A DNA stretch of 64,000 nucleotides from an uncultured Candidatus Saccharibacteria bacterium (GCA_965230955.1 OZ246404.1:920790-984789); one strand, 5' to 3'; positions 42,101 to 52,366 are shown, counted from the first letter of the stretch. Notes: generated by a model not told the origin, from the sequence alone. Numbers and translations are program-made.

Positions 42101-43058
42101 CGGGCGGAATAACCGGCAAGGCGGTCATGACCATCCACTCCGGCCGAATTTCGGCGATCATCATCCCTTTGATATACTTCAAGCGTTTCATGATCCGTTT
42201 GCGGTTGGCCACATTGGTATCATTCAGATCGTTTTCCAGACCAGCCACCAATTTCGGCAAGTGCACTTTTTCCAATAATTTTCGGATCGCTTCCGCACCG
42301 ATACCAGCTTCGAAAACATGTCCGTATTTCATGGAAAGATCACGATACTCCAATTCGGAAATGATCCGCAATGACTTTAGGTCGCGCAGTTCTTTTTTGG
42401 CAATATCAAAAGCCTCGGTCAATTTATCAAGGTCACCGATTTTGGCTTCATGATTGGAAACCATATTTGATTCCACCTTGTTTTCGACCGATTTTTTGTC
42501 ACCCTTGTTTTCCGCCAGGGCTTTGGCGCGCTTTTGGTTGAGAGCGGCCGCCAGAGCTTCGTATTTGGTTTCGATTTCTTTCTTTTTCACTTTGAACTCA
42601 GCCTTGATCTGCTTCAGCGCTTCTTCCCGGGCATGTTCGTCTACTTTGGTAATAATGTAGCTGGCAAAGTAGATAACTTTTTCCAATTCTTGGCTAGACT
42701 TGTCTAAAACCAAGCCAATTTTGCTGGGGACACCGCGTAAAAACCAAATATGAGCCACCGGGACAGCCAGATCAATATGCCCCATCCGCTCGCGGCGCAC
42801 CACCGAACGGGTAACTTCGACCCCGCACTTATCGCAAACCACGCCTTTGTAGCGAATCCGCTTGTATTTACCGCAGTAGCATTCCCAATCCTTGGTCGGA
42901 CCGAAAATTTTCTCGCAGAACAAACCATCGCGCTCCGGTCGCTGAGTACGATAATTAATGGTTTCCGGTTTGAGAATCTCGCCGTGAGACCATTCATGAA
43001 TTTTCTCGGGCGAAGCCAGTTTTAAACGAACGGCTTCGAAATCCATTGATTGAGACAT
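39174..43058 (-). CDS. rpoC: RNA polymerase beta' subunit
   Basis: KPETINYRT, zinc-finger Cys, NADFDGDQMAV, IGEPGTQLTMRTFH. Confidence 0.99.
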   Translation of the reverse strand: MSQSMDFEAVRLKLASPEKIHEWSHGEILKPETINYRTQRPERDGLFCEKIFGPTKDWECYCGKYKRIRYKGVVCDKCGVEVTRSVVRRERMGHIDLAVPVAHIWFLRGVPSKIGLVLDKSSQELEKVIYFASYIITKVDEHAREEALKQIKAEFKVKKKEIETKYEALAAALNQKRAKALAENKGDKKSVENKVESNMVSNHEAKIGDLDKLTEAFDIAKKELRDLKSLRIISELEYRDLSMKYGHVFEAGIGAEAIRKLLEKVHLPKLVAGLENDLNDTNVANRKRIMKRLKYIKGMMIAEIRPEWMVMTALPVIPPDLRPMVQLDGGRYAASDLNDLYRRVINRNNRLKRLKELGAPDVIQRNEKRMLQEAVDALIDNNARRGKAVQASTGQRRILKSLADMLRGKQGRFRQNLLGKRVDYSGRSVIVVGPNLKLHECGLPKIMALELYKPFVIAELIKKEFAHNVRSAGKLIEQSRPEVWDALEKVIAGHHVLLNRAPTLHRLGIQAFQPILIEGKAIRIHPMVCSPFNADFDGDQMAVHVPLTKMARFEAANIMLSTKNLLRPSTGEPVTAPSQDMVLGCYYMTRPEKDLLGAGHTFADKHEAILAYDMKRLHLKAMIKVRLEPGQIIETCVGRILFNNILPKEMRFINETMNKKSLAKIIAKALHQYGREIAVELIDRIKDTGFAYLTLSGITLASADLTAPTEKKSLIEKAKHEVEEVKAQYKSGLLTDDERYQKVIEIWSKVREEVSKAVEDNIDHDSAVFAMIDSGARGSWAQTTQLMGMRGLMANPAGRTIELPVTGSFKEGLSVLEYFISTHGARKGLSDTALRTANAGYLTRRLVDVAQDVVIEELDCGDDTGIDITKKDSEEMGETVIGRILGRTVLQDIVDPKTKKVIVKKGETVTENHRAKLKEMDIKDVRIRSVMTCESRYGACARCYGLDLGRNELAENGLAAGIIAAQSIGEPGTQLTMRTFHTGGVAGVGDITQGLPRVEELFEARPIAKPAVVAEVNGKIKVEETEKEKIIHIISDELKVDKFNLPAGSQIKVKDNATVEKGDLLAISKEGKIIATSTGVVHLKKDLIELTKDGSAENSYNVPLKTPLWVRTGDLVVKGSQLTEGPIDLRQLFRLSGSRAVQKYILKEVQHIYSSQGQKVNDKHVEVIIRQMLSRVRINNPGDTEFIPGDVVEKAHVMRENDRMEKEGKQLATYEVLLLGITKASLSTESFLSAASFQETARVLIDAAIMGRYDTLRGLKENVIIGKLLPAGTGFGKHGRTQDEQAERTEPKVA

Positions 43059-43089
43059 AGGAAAATATGTAAAGGTTAAAGAAACTTAA

Positions 43090-46000
43090 TTATTTCTTCT
43101 TGGCCTCTTTGGGTTTGTCCTTCTTTTTTTTGGAATCCGATTTCGGCTCCTGGATTGCTAAATCCGCCCGGCCTTTTTCTTCCAATTGGGCGGCTTTCTT
43201 TGCCTCTCGAGAAGCCTCGCGCCCATCATCAAATTGCTCGATCAAATCAACATCCAAGGCTAAGCCTTTCAATTCATTGACCAAAACGTCGAATGAAGCC
43301 GGGACATTCGGTTTGCGGATCGGTTCGCCTTTCACTATCGATTCGTAAGTTTTGGAACGACCCAGCACATCATCGGATTTGATCGTCAAAATTTCTTGGA
43401 GCATATGCGCCGCGCCGTAAGCTTCCAGCGCCCAGACTTCCATTTCACCAAAACGCTGTCCGCCGAATTGCGCCTTGCCGCCCAACGGTTGCTGAGTCAC
43501 CAAGGAGTAGGGACCGATCGAACGTTGGTGAACTTTGTCTTCCACCAAATGGTGCAGTTTCATCATATACATAATGCCCACCGTCGTCTGGCGATCAAAA
43601 GCATCGCCGGTGCGGCCGTCATAAAGCTGGACTTTGCCATTTTCGGGCAGGCCGGCCTTTTTCAACTCTTCACGAATGGTCGCTTCGCTGACGCCGTCCA
43701 GGGCGGGTGACGCGACCAGATAACCTAAGCGCTTGGCCGCCCAACCCAAATGGGTTTCCAAAATCTGTCCCAAGTTCATACGAGAAGTAACGCCCAAAGG
43801 ACTCAGGATGATATCAACCGGCGTACCGTCGGCCAAAAATGGCATATCAGCTTCTGGAATTACCAGCGAGATGACACCTTTGTTTCCGTGACGGCCGGCC
43901 ATCTTGTCACCGACTTGAACTTTGCGTAATTTAGCCACGCTGACTTGGATTGTTTTAATAACTCCGGTCGGCAATTTGTCGCCCTGCTCACGCGAGAAAA
44001 TTTTGACATCGACTATTTTTCCATATTCGCCATGAGGCAAATTCAGTGAAGAGTCTTTAACATCACGGGCTTTTTCACCAAAGATCGCGCGCAAGAGGCG
44101 CTCTTCCGGGGTCAGATCGGCTTCCCCTTTGGGAGTGATTTTTCCCACCAGAATATCGCCGGCGCTGACTTTGGCTCCGATGCGGACAATACCTTCTTCG
44201 TCTAAGTCTTTCAGTTTTTCTTCGCCGATATTTGGGATATCGCGAGTCACGACTTCAGGCCCCAGCTTGGTATCACGGACATCAACGGTAAAATCTTCGA
44301 TGTGAATCGAACTATAGCGGTCCTCGCGAACAATTCTTTCCGAAATCAGCACGGCGTCTTCATAGTTGCCGCCCAGCCACGACAAGAAAGCAACCAGCAC
44401 ATTTTGTCCGAGCGCTAATTCGCCTTTGTCGATCGAGGATCCGTCGGCCAAAACATCGCCGGCCTTGATCTTATCGCCAACCGAGACGACCGGTTTTTGA
44501 TTAATACAAGTGGACTGGTTAGAACGTTCAAAGCTGTGCAGGTGGTATTCTTCCACATCGCCCTTCGCCGTCAGAATTGAAATATGAGCGGCATCTGATT
44601 CGATCACTTTTCCATCGGAAGCGGCCACGATTAATTGTCCGGAGTCACGCGCCACTTTGCTCTCAATCCCGGTACCGACAATCGGCGCTTCAGGCTTGAT
44701 ACAGCAAACCGCCTGGCGTTGCATATTGGAACCCATCAAAGCGCGGTTGGCATCGTCATGTTCCACAAAAGGAATCAACGCAGTAGTGGCGCTAATAAAC
44801 TGCTTGGCGCTGACATCGACAAAATCAACCTTGCCGGTCGGCGCGTGCAGCGGCTCGCCATAGACGCGGATCTCGGATTTATCCTGGACAAAATATCCGG
44901 TGTTTTCATCGATCGGAGTTGTGGCCGGAGCGGTAACGGATTTTTCTTCTTCAAAAGCGTCGAGATAAATGATCTCATTGGTCACCAGAGATTTTATCTG
45001 GACTGCCGGCACACCAGCCGCGGAAATCTGCTTGGCCACCGCTTCGGTAATTTCGGTATCGATGGGCACAATTTCTTTCTGGGTTTTGGGATCAAGCACT
45101 TCCTTGAAAGTAATTTTGCCGACTAAATTTTTGGTATCACTGCCCTTGATTTCTTTCAGAACTTTACGATAAGGGGTTTCGATAAAACCGTATTCATTGA
45201 TATGAGAAAAAGACGCCAAGTGTCCGACCAAACCGATATTCGGACCTTCCGGAGTTTCAATCGGACAAATGCGGCCATAGTGGGAAGAATGGACATCACG
45301 AACATCAAACCCCGCTCGTTCGCGCGAAAGGCCACCAGGCCCCATGGCAGACAAACGGCGTTTGTGAGCCAACTCGGCCAAAGGATTGGTTTGATCCATG
45401 AACTGGGACAACTGCGAGGAAGTAAAAAATTCGCGGATCGCTGCAATTACCGGCCTGGCATTGATCAGCTGACTAGGGGTAACTGACTCGGCTGAGATGG
45501 TCGACATACGGTCGATCACGATACGTTCCATACGAGCCAAACCGATTCGAAATTTATTTTGGAGAAGTTCGCCAACGGCACGCACGCGACGATTGCCAAG
45601 ATGATCGATATCATCCGGCTTACCGCCTTCTTTATTGAGACGAATAATTTCACTGATGATTTTGATCAAATCAGCTTTCTGCATCACGCGCGTCTGTTTG
45701 TTGTTTTCCGTTTTCAGTCCCAGGCGTTGATTCATCTTATAGCGGCCGACACGACCGAGATCGTAACGATCGAAATTGAAAAACATCGATTCGATCATTT
45801 GCTTGGCATTATCGACAGTCGCCAAATCACCCGGACGGATACGTTTGTAGACTTCTTTTAAGCCTTCGCCGACATTGGTTGAGGAATCTTTCCCCAGAGT
45901 GACATCGATATAATTCTTATCGGGACCGGAATCAATCCCGGTGAAAAGCTTCTTAATTTCTTCATTACTGCCGTAACCAAAAGCCCGCAACAGCGCCGTG

Positions 46001-46584
46001 ACAGCCACTTTGCGTTTGCGGTCAATTTTCACGAAAATCGCACCATTGTAATCAGTCTCGAATTCCAGCCAAGCTCCGCGATTAGGGATAATTTTGGCGC
46101 CATAAACCGCCTGTCCCTTTATCAAGTCTTGGGTAAAGAAAACTCCCGGAGAGCGGATCAGTTGGGAAACGACGACGCGCTCGACCCCGTTGACGATAAA
46201 AGTTCCGCGCGGAGTCATCATGGGAAAATCACCCAGGTAAATTTCCTGCTCTTTGATTTCCGAAGTTTTCTTGTTTACCAGTTTAGCGTTGACTCGCAAC
46301 GGCACTTCGTAGGTGATGTTTTTTTCTTTAGCCCGTTTTTCCGTGTATTTGGGCTCATCGAAAGTATAATCCAAAAACGACAGTTCGAAATCTGTCTCTT
46401 GATAATCTCTGATGGGGGAAACCTCTTCGAATAATTCTTTCAACCCCTTGTCCATGAACCACTTGAACGATTCTTTCTGAACATCGATCAAGTCCGGTAA
46501 AGCCATAGAATCGGGAGTCGTCGAAAAAAACTTGCGCGCTGAAATTCTCGGTTGATTTAGCGCACTTTTCTTTTTAGTTGGCAT
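43090..46584 (-). CDS. rpoB: RNA polymerase beta subunit
   Basis: [49 protein letters not shown]; start at MPTKKK. Confidence 0.99.
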   Translation of the reverse strand: MPTKKKSALNQPRISARKFFSTTPDSMALPDLIDVQKESFKWFMDKGLKELFEEVSPIRDYQETDFELSFLDYTFDEPKYTEKRAKEKNITYEVPLRVNAKLVNKKTSEIKEQEIYLGDFPMMTPRGTFIVNGVERVVVSQLIRSPGVFFTQDLIKGQAVYGAKIIPNRGAWLEFETDYNGAIFVKIDRKRKVAVTALLRAFGYGSNEEIKKLFTGIDSGPDKNYIDVTLGKDSSTNVGEGLKEVYKRIRPGDLATVDNAKQMIESMFFNFDRYDLGRVGRYKMNQRLGLKTENNKQTRVMQKADLIKIISEIIRLNKEGGKPDDIDHLGNRRVRAVGELLQNKFRIGLARMERIVIDRMSTISAESVTPSQLINARPVIAAIREFFTSSQLSQFMDQTNPLAELAHKRRLSAMGPGGLSRERAGFDVRDVHSSHYGRICPIETPEGPNIGLVGHLASFSHINEYGFIETPYRKVLKEIKGSDTKNLVGKITFKEVLDPKTQKEIVPIDTEITEAVAKQISAAGVPAVQIKSLVTNEIIYLDAFEEEKSVTAPATTPIDENTGYFVQDKSEIRVYGEPLHAPTGKVDFVDVSAKQFISATTALIPFVEHDDANRALMGSNMQRQAVCCIKPEAPIVGTGIESKVARDSGQLIVAASDGKVIESDAAHISILTAKGDVEEYHLHSFERSNQSTCINQKPVVSVGDKIKAGDVLADGSSIDKGELALGQNVLVAFLSWLGGNYEDAVLISERIVREDRYSSIHIEDFTVDVRDTKLGPEVVTRDIPNIGEEKLKDLDEEGIVRIGAKVSAGDILVGKITPKGEADLTPEERLLRAIFGEKARDVKDSSLNLPHGEYGKIVDVKIFSREQGDKLPTGVIKTIQVSVAKLRKVQVGDKMAGRHGNKGVISLVIPEADMPFLADGTPVDIILSPLGVTSRMNLGQILETHLGWAAKRLGYLVASPALDGVSEATIREELKKAGLPENGKVQLYDGRTGDAFDRQTTVGIMYMMKLHHLVEDKVHQRSIGPYSLVTQQPLGGKAQFGGQRFGEMEVWALEAYGAAHMLQEILTIKSDDVLGRSKTYESIVKGEPIRKPNVPASFDVLVNELKGLALDVDLIEQFDDGREASREAKKAAQLEEKGRADLAIQEPKSDSKKKKDKPKEAKKK

Positions 46585-46889
46585 AAAAAGAGCCCCTTTT
46601 ATTGCCCCCATCCGCGAGACCTGGTCTCGAGTGTGGGAGTGGAGATAAAATGGTTTTATTAAACTAGCAATTTTACGCTAGAGATAGACCAATTTGTGCA
46701 TACTGCACCGACAGTAGCAGTATAATAGAGAGTTGTCAAGGCTTTTCACCCTAGTTTGCCTTGGAAATGGTATTTGAGCGATAAAAACGCTTAATACAGC
46801 TAAACAATACCCGAAAGAACCGATTTCTCTCGGCTTAGCCTGAGGAGATTATTCAATTAGTGTAGTATAGCAGAAATGCAGCTAAAAAG

Positions 46890-46898
46890 TTATCCACA
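46890..46898 (+). promoter_or_regulatory. Single consensus DnaA box
   Basis: TTATCCACA in the intergenic region upstream of rpoB. Confidence 0.4.
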
Positions 46899-46939
46899 GG
46901 TTAGTGATGCGATAAATGGTAATAATAAGCAAATAATTC

Positions 46940-46968
46940 TTGACGAAATAATAACCGCATAGTAGTCT
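46940..46968 (+). promoter_or_regulatory. Promoter for the candidate ncRNA
   Basis: TTGACG-N17-TAGTCT. Confidence 0.5.
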
Positions 46969-46974
46969 TTTTAA

Positions 46975-47216
46975 TAACCAGATCCTCTTGTATTTCAATT
47001 ACTGACAGGAACACTTACCGGCGAGTTTTTTGGGGTCATGGTTTCTAATCGAGGAGGAACCTTGAGAGACGCCCGGTTTTAAAACTGGTAGTAAAGACTG
47101 CAGGGGGATTGAATTAGCGGAGGAAGCCGAAAGGCACAGAAAATGGTGCTCGAAAGAGCTAGAAAAACGGCGGCGCCTCGATACTGACCTCATCTGTAAA
47201 GATGGGGTCTTTTTTT
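46975..47216 (+). ncRNA. Candidate structured ncRNA: about 130-nt rod-like hairpin, two GAAA hairpins and a terminator (6S-like?)
   Basis: Nested stems 46981-92/47099-110, 46999-47008/47085-94, 47017-21/47073-77, 47025-36/47059-70 with many G-U pairs on the + strand; no credible + ORF. Confidence 0.55.
47186..47216 (+). terminator. Intrinsic terminator
   Basis: GACCTCATC...GATGGGGTC-TTTTTTT. Confidence 0.7.
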
Positions 47217-47280
47217 ATCTCTGATTACACCGAACCCCATATTGGCAAATTCTTCGACGCCCAAAACATCGGTCGGCCCC

Positions 47281-47305
47281 ACTTTTGACTTTTGACTTTT
47301 TACTT
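47281..47305. repeat. Single AAAAGTC-family arm overlapping the stop of the glycosyltransferase
   Basis: acttttg-acttttg-acttttt-actt. Confidence 0.7.
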
Positions 47306-49519
47306 AATCTCGTATCCCCCCGCCACTTCCCCGCTCAAACGATCAACATACACCGCTTTTTTGCCTTCCGGGAAAGTAAACCAAACGACATAGCAGGGCC
47401 GCTCAAATTCTGACAAGAAAGGTTTCATGGTATTCGGACTGGTATTCATCACCACTTGTTGTTCCGCTTCCACCGGTACGGCTCCCGGATCAACGCCCAA
47501 ATATGCGGCGGCGGTCTCGATGGCCGTCCCGACCTTGATAAATTGAGCCTGGTCTTGCTCGGTAATTTTGTAAATCAGGATCGAAGAATCAATTTCATAA
47601 TCAGGCTGGCGCGGCAAAATCCGGACATAGGAAACCTCCCCACTCTTGCGGGCGTAGAATTCGCTCATCTGATAAAAAGTCGCACTCACCGCCAAATAAG
47701 AACCGACCGGAGGTAAACCCATCTTGGAGTGCCAGCTGGTCACTCGATCTGCCGCCAAGGAATGGCGCGGAACGCCGCCGCCAAAATAATCGACGTAAAT
47801 ATGATCAATATTGTTGTACTCCACCCAGCGCGCCAAGCGATTGAGATCCTGTCCCCAATCAAGATTGGAATCGACTAAATAGCGATAAGCATTCTGTTTC
47901 GAACCGATAGTTTCATTGAAATAAGACAGATAATACGGATAGGCCAGGAAATTTCCGCCCACCAACCAAACCAACAGCATAATCACGAGAATGACGGCAA
48001 TCTTTAATTTGCCGTCTTTTTGGGTCTCCAGCGCTCGTCGCCGCAGATTGCGCAACCAGAAAATAATCGCCCCGCCCAATAGCACATAGATAAACGGGAA
48101 GATCGGCAGCATCCAGCGCAAACCGATATTAGCCTTGGAGCGAATACCGAGGAAGAGGAACATCGCGATCAGAGCCAGCATGACAAATACATCCCAGCGC
48201 AACCACACCAGTTTGCAAAATTTTTCCCACCCTCGACGAGCTCGAGTTGGGGGCGTTATGAAATCCAAAGAATTAACGGCACCGCTCGGCCCATTGATTT
48301 GATAACCGGGAGTGAGTTTCGGCCAATTGCGCCGGACTACCACCAACCCCAGGATCACGGCGATCACGCAGAAAATCATAATCGGGATCGGCGTCTTCAA
48401 GAAAAAAGCATCCAGGTAGTAATGCCACCAACCTTCATTCTGGTAATCACCCATCAAGAAAGCGCTGTTTCCCCCATCCACCCGCGCGAAAACCATCAAG
48501 ACACCCAGCGCATAGGTGGAAAAAGCTTTTCCGCCAGGAATTTGATCCAGCGCGTGCAAAGCGGAACGTCCCAGACTGGCCACCGCGGTATCTTGGGGCA
48601 GTGATTCATCGATCAACTGGGCATGCGTTTCCAGCGACATATTTTGGGTGTGGTGCAAATACGGAATGACGATCAGGAGATGCCCGATGATGAAAATAAG
48701 AATCAAGCCGATCACATAAATCCACAACCGTTTACCCCACTGACTTTTCAGCTTGAGCGATCCCAGCCAATCTTTGATTTGCTCACGCCGAACAAAAACA
48801 GCTACCAGCGCCAAAAGGATAAAGAAGGGAATAAGGGTCACGGCGCTGAATTTGGCCAGAGAAGCCAGCGCGAAAGAAACCGTCGCCGCCAACATCGTCC
48901 CCCAGCCTGGCTTTTTGATGAACTTGGTAAAATAATAAACCGAAATGAACATGAAAACCGTGACGCCGAAATCGGTGGTGACATAATGAGAATGGGCAAT
49001 GATATTCGGACAAAAAGCATAAAGCAAAGTCGCCAATAAACCGGCTTTTACTCCGAATAATTCTTTGGCCCATTTGTAGACAAAAATACCGAGGACGAAC
49101 AGCAACAGCATCGGCAAAAATCTGGTATAGCGAAACATCATTTCCGGATCGTTGCCTCGTTCGTAAATAAAAGTCCAGCCGGTTTGCCATTGGCCGTTTA
49201 TTTCATCGGTCCAAGCGGGAATGTCGTCGGGAAAATCAATATCTTTGACAAACAATAAAGGTAGAGCCGCCAAATCTTTTATCAAAGGCGGGTGTTCCGG
49301 ATTGAGACGATAATCGCCATACTTTAAATAAGAGTAACCGGCCGGAATATGCGCAATCTCATCAACAATGCCCGAATCGCTCGGCTGATCGCCGCCAAAA
49401 GGAATGGTCCCGGCCGAACTGAAGAAAGAAATTAAAAACATGACAAATAACAAAATAGCCACGATGGCGCGAGGGTGCTTGGGATTCCAAGTGTGCCAAG
49501 TTTTTGTTTTTGGTTCCAT
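47300..49519 (-). CDS. GT-C glycosyltransferase (PMT/ArnT-like, GT39/83) with short PepSY-like C-terminal domain
   Basis: VDE.AHI.AGYSY, LNPEHPPL.K, many TMs, DSNLDWGQDL; C-terminal VYVD..SGEV. Confidence 0.85.
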   Translation of the reverse strand: MEPKTKTWHTWNPKHPRAIVAILLFVMFLISFFSSAGTIPFGGDQPSDSGIVDEIAHIPAGYSYLKYGDYRLNPEHPPLIKDLAALPLLFVKDIDFPDDIPAWTDEINGQWQTGWTFIYERGNDPEMMFRYTRFLPMLLLFVLGIFVYKWAKELFGVKAGLLATLLYAFCPNIIAHSHYVTTDFGVTVFMFISVYYFTKFIKKPGWGTMLAATVSFALASLAKFSAVTLIPFFILLALVAVFVRREQIKDWLGSLKLKSQWGKRLWIYVIGLILIFIIGHLLIVIPYLHHTQNMSLETHAQLIDESLPQDTAVASLGRSALHALDQIPGGKAFSTYALGVLMVFARVDGGNSAFLMGDYQNEGWWHYYLDAFFLKTPIPIMIFCVIAVILGLVVVRRNWPKLTPGYQINGPSGAVNSLDFITPPTRARRGWEKFCKLVWLRWDVFVMLALIAMFLFLGIRSKANIGLRWMLPIFPFIYVLLGGAIIFWLRNLRRRALETQKDGKLKIAVILVIMLLVWLVGGNFLAYPYYLSYFNETIGSKQNAYRYLVDSNLDWGQDLNRLARWVEYNNIDHIYVDYFGGGVPRHSLAADRVTSWHSKMGLPPVGSYLAVSATFYQMSEFYARKSGEVSYVRILPRQPDYEIDSSILIYKITEQDQAQFIKVGTAIETAAAYLGVDPGAVPVEAEQQVVMNTSPNTMKPFLSEFERPCYVVWFTFPEGKKAVYVDRLSGEVAGGYEIK

Positions 49520-49761
49520 ATTTTGCTTATTTATTTGACTCTACTATTATATCGTATTGGGCCGTATTTACCAAGCGCAAAATGCCAAAGGAAAATTGGC
49601 CTAAAAAATTAATAATTACTCGGTCCGCCGATTTAGCGATGACGCGCCACCTCGCCGGCGGGCGGAATTATATTTATTAAGTTAATAATTCCAACCATAT
49701 TTTTCTCTTGATTTTTTTCATATAAAATGTTAGACTATTGAGGAACCTAAAGATCGCCTAA

Positions 49762-51228
49762 ATGCTTGATTATATGCGCCGGCATTTAAAGAACGCCTTC
49801 ATCCCGCACTCGGGGAATAATCACATTCCTCATGTTTTGCGACGTAAACCGCTGGCTTTTTATAGCCTGCTTTTAATTTCCATCAAAGTACTGGCCATCG
49901 CGGCCGTATTGATGGCTCCCTCCCCCGCTCAGCTGGCTTCGGGAGTGGATGCCAATTTATTGGTTTCCCTGACGAATCAAGAAAGAAGTAGCCGAGGATT
50001 GGATAATCTGAGCACCAATCCGGCATTGATCGCGGCCGCCAAAGCAAAAGCTCAATACATGCTGGACAAAGATATTTTTGAACATGGCGATCCCTGGACA
50101 TTCATTCGCAACGCCGGATACGACTATCTCTATGCCGGCGAAAATATTGCCATGGATTTCCAAACCTCTGACGCCGTGCACAAAGCTTGGATGGCCTCAT
50201 CTTCGCACCGCGCCAATATTTTAAAAACTCAATACGAAGAGATCGGGATCGCGGCCGTGGCCGGCAAATTTCAGGATCATGACACCATCATGGTCGTCCA
50301 AATGTTCGGCTCCCCCAAAGTCAAAGGTTCTACGACAACCACTCCGGTCCCAACCCCTACCCCAAATCTGACCGCCACCCCGACGCCCCCGACACCAACG
50401 GCAACACCGGCAGTGACCACCACCGCGGTAATTACTCCGACCCCGACCGCTGCTCCGGACACAACAGCACCGACAATTCCGACGATAACTTTCCCCACCA
50501 ACACTTCGATACTGTCAGAAGCTTCCGTCATCAAAGGCACAGCCGAATCCGGCAGTGTCATAACGGTTTATGATAACAATATTCCTTTGCAAGAATTGAC
50601 CGCCCTCGACGGAACCTTCACAGTTCAATTGCGCGGCAATCTCAGCGACGGGAAACATACTCTCACGGCCGTCGCCAGAGATTCGGCCGGCAATACCAGC
50701 GCCACAGCAGTACCCGTGACGTTCACGGTCGATACTACCGATCCGGTAATCGACGCCGAGCAGACGACAGCCTTAATCGACCTGGCAAACAATCAAATCG
50801 ATGTCCGGGTCAAAGTAATCGAGCCCAATCTGGCCAGGGTCAGCGCCGGAATCGGCGATCAAATCACCGAACTGACTCCCCTCGACGGGAAATATGCCGG
50901 ATTACTGACCTCGGTCAACATTGATTCGAATGATCCGGCGGTCTTCGTAGAAGCGGTTGATCAGGCCGGACACAAACAGCGCCAGCTGATTACGAATTAT
51001 AATTTTGGCGGCGTCAGTACCGGCAATCAGACGGCCGGCGGACCGCTGGGTGCAACCTTTCTCGGCGGAGTGGCCGATTGGGGCGGATACCTGATTATCG
51101 CTTTTATCATTTTCCTTGTTGTTGCCTTGCTGATTAAAATCTTTGTCCGCGTCCGAATCCAGCATCCGCCGACGATTTTGCATACCTTGGTAGTTTTACT
51201 GCTGGCCGGCGTACTGCTGGTAATATAG
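49762..51228 (+). CDS. CAP/SCP-domain surface protein with Pro/Thr linker, Ig-like (Big) domain and C-terminal TMs
   Basis: LTNQER, AGENIA, WMAS.SHRANIL...Y.EIGI, PT repeats, DG.HTLTA.A.D.AGN. Confidence 0.88.
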   Translation: MLDYMRRHLKNAFIPHSGNNHIPHVLRRKPLAFYSLLLISIKVLAIAAVLMAPSPAQLASGVDANLLVSLTNQERSSRGLDNLSTNPALIAAAKAKAQYMLDKDIFEHGDPWTFIRNAGYDYLYAGENIAMDFQTSDAVHKAWMASSSHRANILKTQYEEIGIAAVAGKFQDHDTIMVVQMFGSPKVKGSTTTTPVPTPTPNLTATPTPPTPTATPAVTTTAVITPTPTAAPDTTAPTIPTITFPTNTSILSEASVIKGTAESGSVITVYDNNIPLQELTALDGTFTVQLRGNLSDGKHTLTAVARDSAGNTSATAVPVTFTVDTTDPVIDAEQTTALIDLANNQIDVRVKVIEPNLARVSAGIGDQITELTPLDGKYAGLLTSVNIDSNDPAVFVEAVDQAGHKQRQLITNYNFGGVSTGNQTAGGPLGATFLGGVADWGGYLIIAFIIFLVVALLIKIFVRVRIQHPPTILHTLVVLLLAGVLLVI

Positions 51229-51740
51229 AAATCCGAAGCACGAAATCCGAAATTCGAAACAAATAACAAGCAGCAAATTAAAAATACAAGTTATTATCAG
51301 CAAACCCCCGCATCAATTACATGGACAATCCGTGTCCAGCACGTAAATATGATTTGGAAGATCGTTGCTTAGCCTTTTCCAAATCAGTTAGAATGCTAAT
51401 TAAAAAATTACCTTATACTCTGAGCAACCGCGAAGATGGTAAACAGTTATTGCGCTCGTCCGCTTCGGTAGGAGCTAATTATATTGAGGCCAACGAAGCT
51501 CTGGGCAAAAAAGATTTCATTTATCGCATCAGAATTTGCCGCAAGGAAGCAAAAGAAAGCAATTATTGGCTAAACCTGATCGATATCGGTAATCAAGCCG
51601 ATCTGGAACCAATTAGAGGACGTCTCATCCAAGAGTCGGTCGAACTGTTGAAGATCTTTAGCTCTATCATGCGCAAATGCACAGTTTAGGCATTAATATT
51701 TGTAATTTGTTTCGGATTTCGGATTTTGTGCTTCGAATTT
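51229..51740. mobile_element. Candidate element: 41-bp heptamer-based terminal inverted repeats enclosing a four-helix-bundle gene
   Basis: 51229-51269 AAATCCGAAGCACGAAATCCGAAATTCGAAACAAATAACAA versus reverse complement of 51700-51740: 37/41 identical. Confidence 0.65.
51321..51689 (+). CDS. Four helix bundle protein (TIGR02436 / 23S rRNA IVP family)
   Basis: YDLEDR...F, QLLRS..SVGANYIEANEA...KDF..RI.I.RKEAKES.YWL, E..EL.KIF.SI. Confidence 0.92.
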   Translation: MDNPCPARKYDLEDRCLAFSKSVRMLIKKLPYTLSNREDGKQLLRSSASVGANYIEANEALGKKDFIYRIRICRKEAKESNYWLNLIDIGNQADLEPIRGRLIQESVELLKIFSSIMRKCTV

Positions 51741-51751
51741 AATTTATCAAT

Positions 51752-52288
51752 ATGAACAAAAAACTTCTCCTCTGGGAAATCATTGGGATTGTGGTGATAA
51801 TTTTCGCCGGCTCGGCTCTGCATTTTGTGTTTGAGCTAACAGGGCACTTCGCTCCAGTCGCGCTTATCGCCGCCGTCAATGAAAGCACCTGGGAACACCT
51901 CAAACTCGCTTTTTGGCCGATGCTCATCTTTGCCCTGATCGAATACCGCTACGTCAAAGCACTCGCACCCAGCTTTTGGCCGGCCAAAACCGTCTCATTG
52001 TGGTTGACCCCGATTCTCATCGTCGTTTTCTTCTATGGCTACCAGTGGATTACCGGCGCCGACAATCTCATCGCCGATATCACCATTTTTGCCGTAGCAA
52101 TTATCATCGGCCTATTGGTTGGCTTGAAATTGATGACCCGGCCGGCGCCAAAACCGGCTACCAAGATTGCGGCCTGGGTCGGACTGGCGATTATACTGGC
52201 GGCTTTCTGCCTGCTGACTTTTTTCCCGCCCAAGATTTTTTTGTTCCAGGATCCGATCAGCAACGGATATGGAATCATAGAGGAATAA
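51752..52288 (+). CDS. DUF6512-like membrane protein
   Basis: GS.LHF.FE, VNESTWEHLKL.FWP, TF.PP...LF.DP...YG. Confidence 0.75.
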   Translation: MNKKLLLWEIIGIVVIIFAGSALHFVFELTGHFAPVALIAAVNESTWEHLKLAFWPMLIFALIEYRYVKALAPSFWPAKTVSLWLTPILIVVFFYGYQWITGADNLIADITIFAVAIIIGLLVGLKLMTRPAPKPATKIAAWVGLAIILAAFCLLTFFPPKIFLFQDPISNGYGIIEE

Positions 52289-52304
52289 ATAATATAATCA
52301 TTAC

Positions 52305-52340
52305 AAAAGTGCTAAGACCGTATTCGGACTTAGCACTTTT
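52305..52340. terminator. Bidirectional terminator
   Basis: AAAAGTGCTAAG...CTTAGCACTTTT between convergent genes. Confidence 0.7.
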
Positions 52341-52366
52341 AGTTATGGTAGAATTTTTCTTGTGAC

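Noticed and set aside
46735-46765. c-di-GMP-I-like GGCAAA...GAAA on the minus strand
   Set aside because: The stem pairs poorly, the second half of the motif is absent, and it overlaps the rpoB -35 box
46740-46980. Replication origin
   Set aside because: Only one consensus DnaA box seen, and no dnaA or dnaN nearby
46975-47216. RNase P RNA, SRP RNA, T-box or the 64-aa minus-strand ORF
   Set aside because: Lacks GAGGAAAGUCC, the SRP CAGG/GGAA/AGCAG motif and the T-box GGTGGNACC; the ORF has no start signals or recognisable features
51321-51689. Diversity-generating retroelement (Avd-like fold)
   Set aside because: No reverse transcriptase and no TR/VR pair seen in the window
52305-52340. Second CIRCE-like sequence (GTGCTAA...TTAGCAC)
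   Set aside because: Half-sites are in reverse order and spacing is wrong; it lies between convergent genes and fits a terminator
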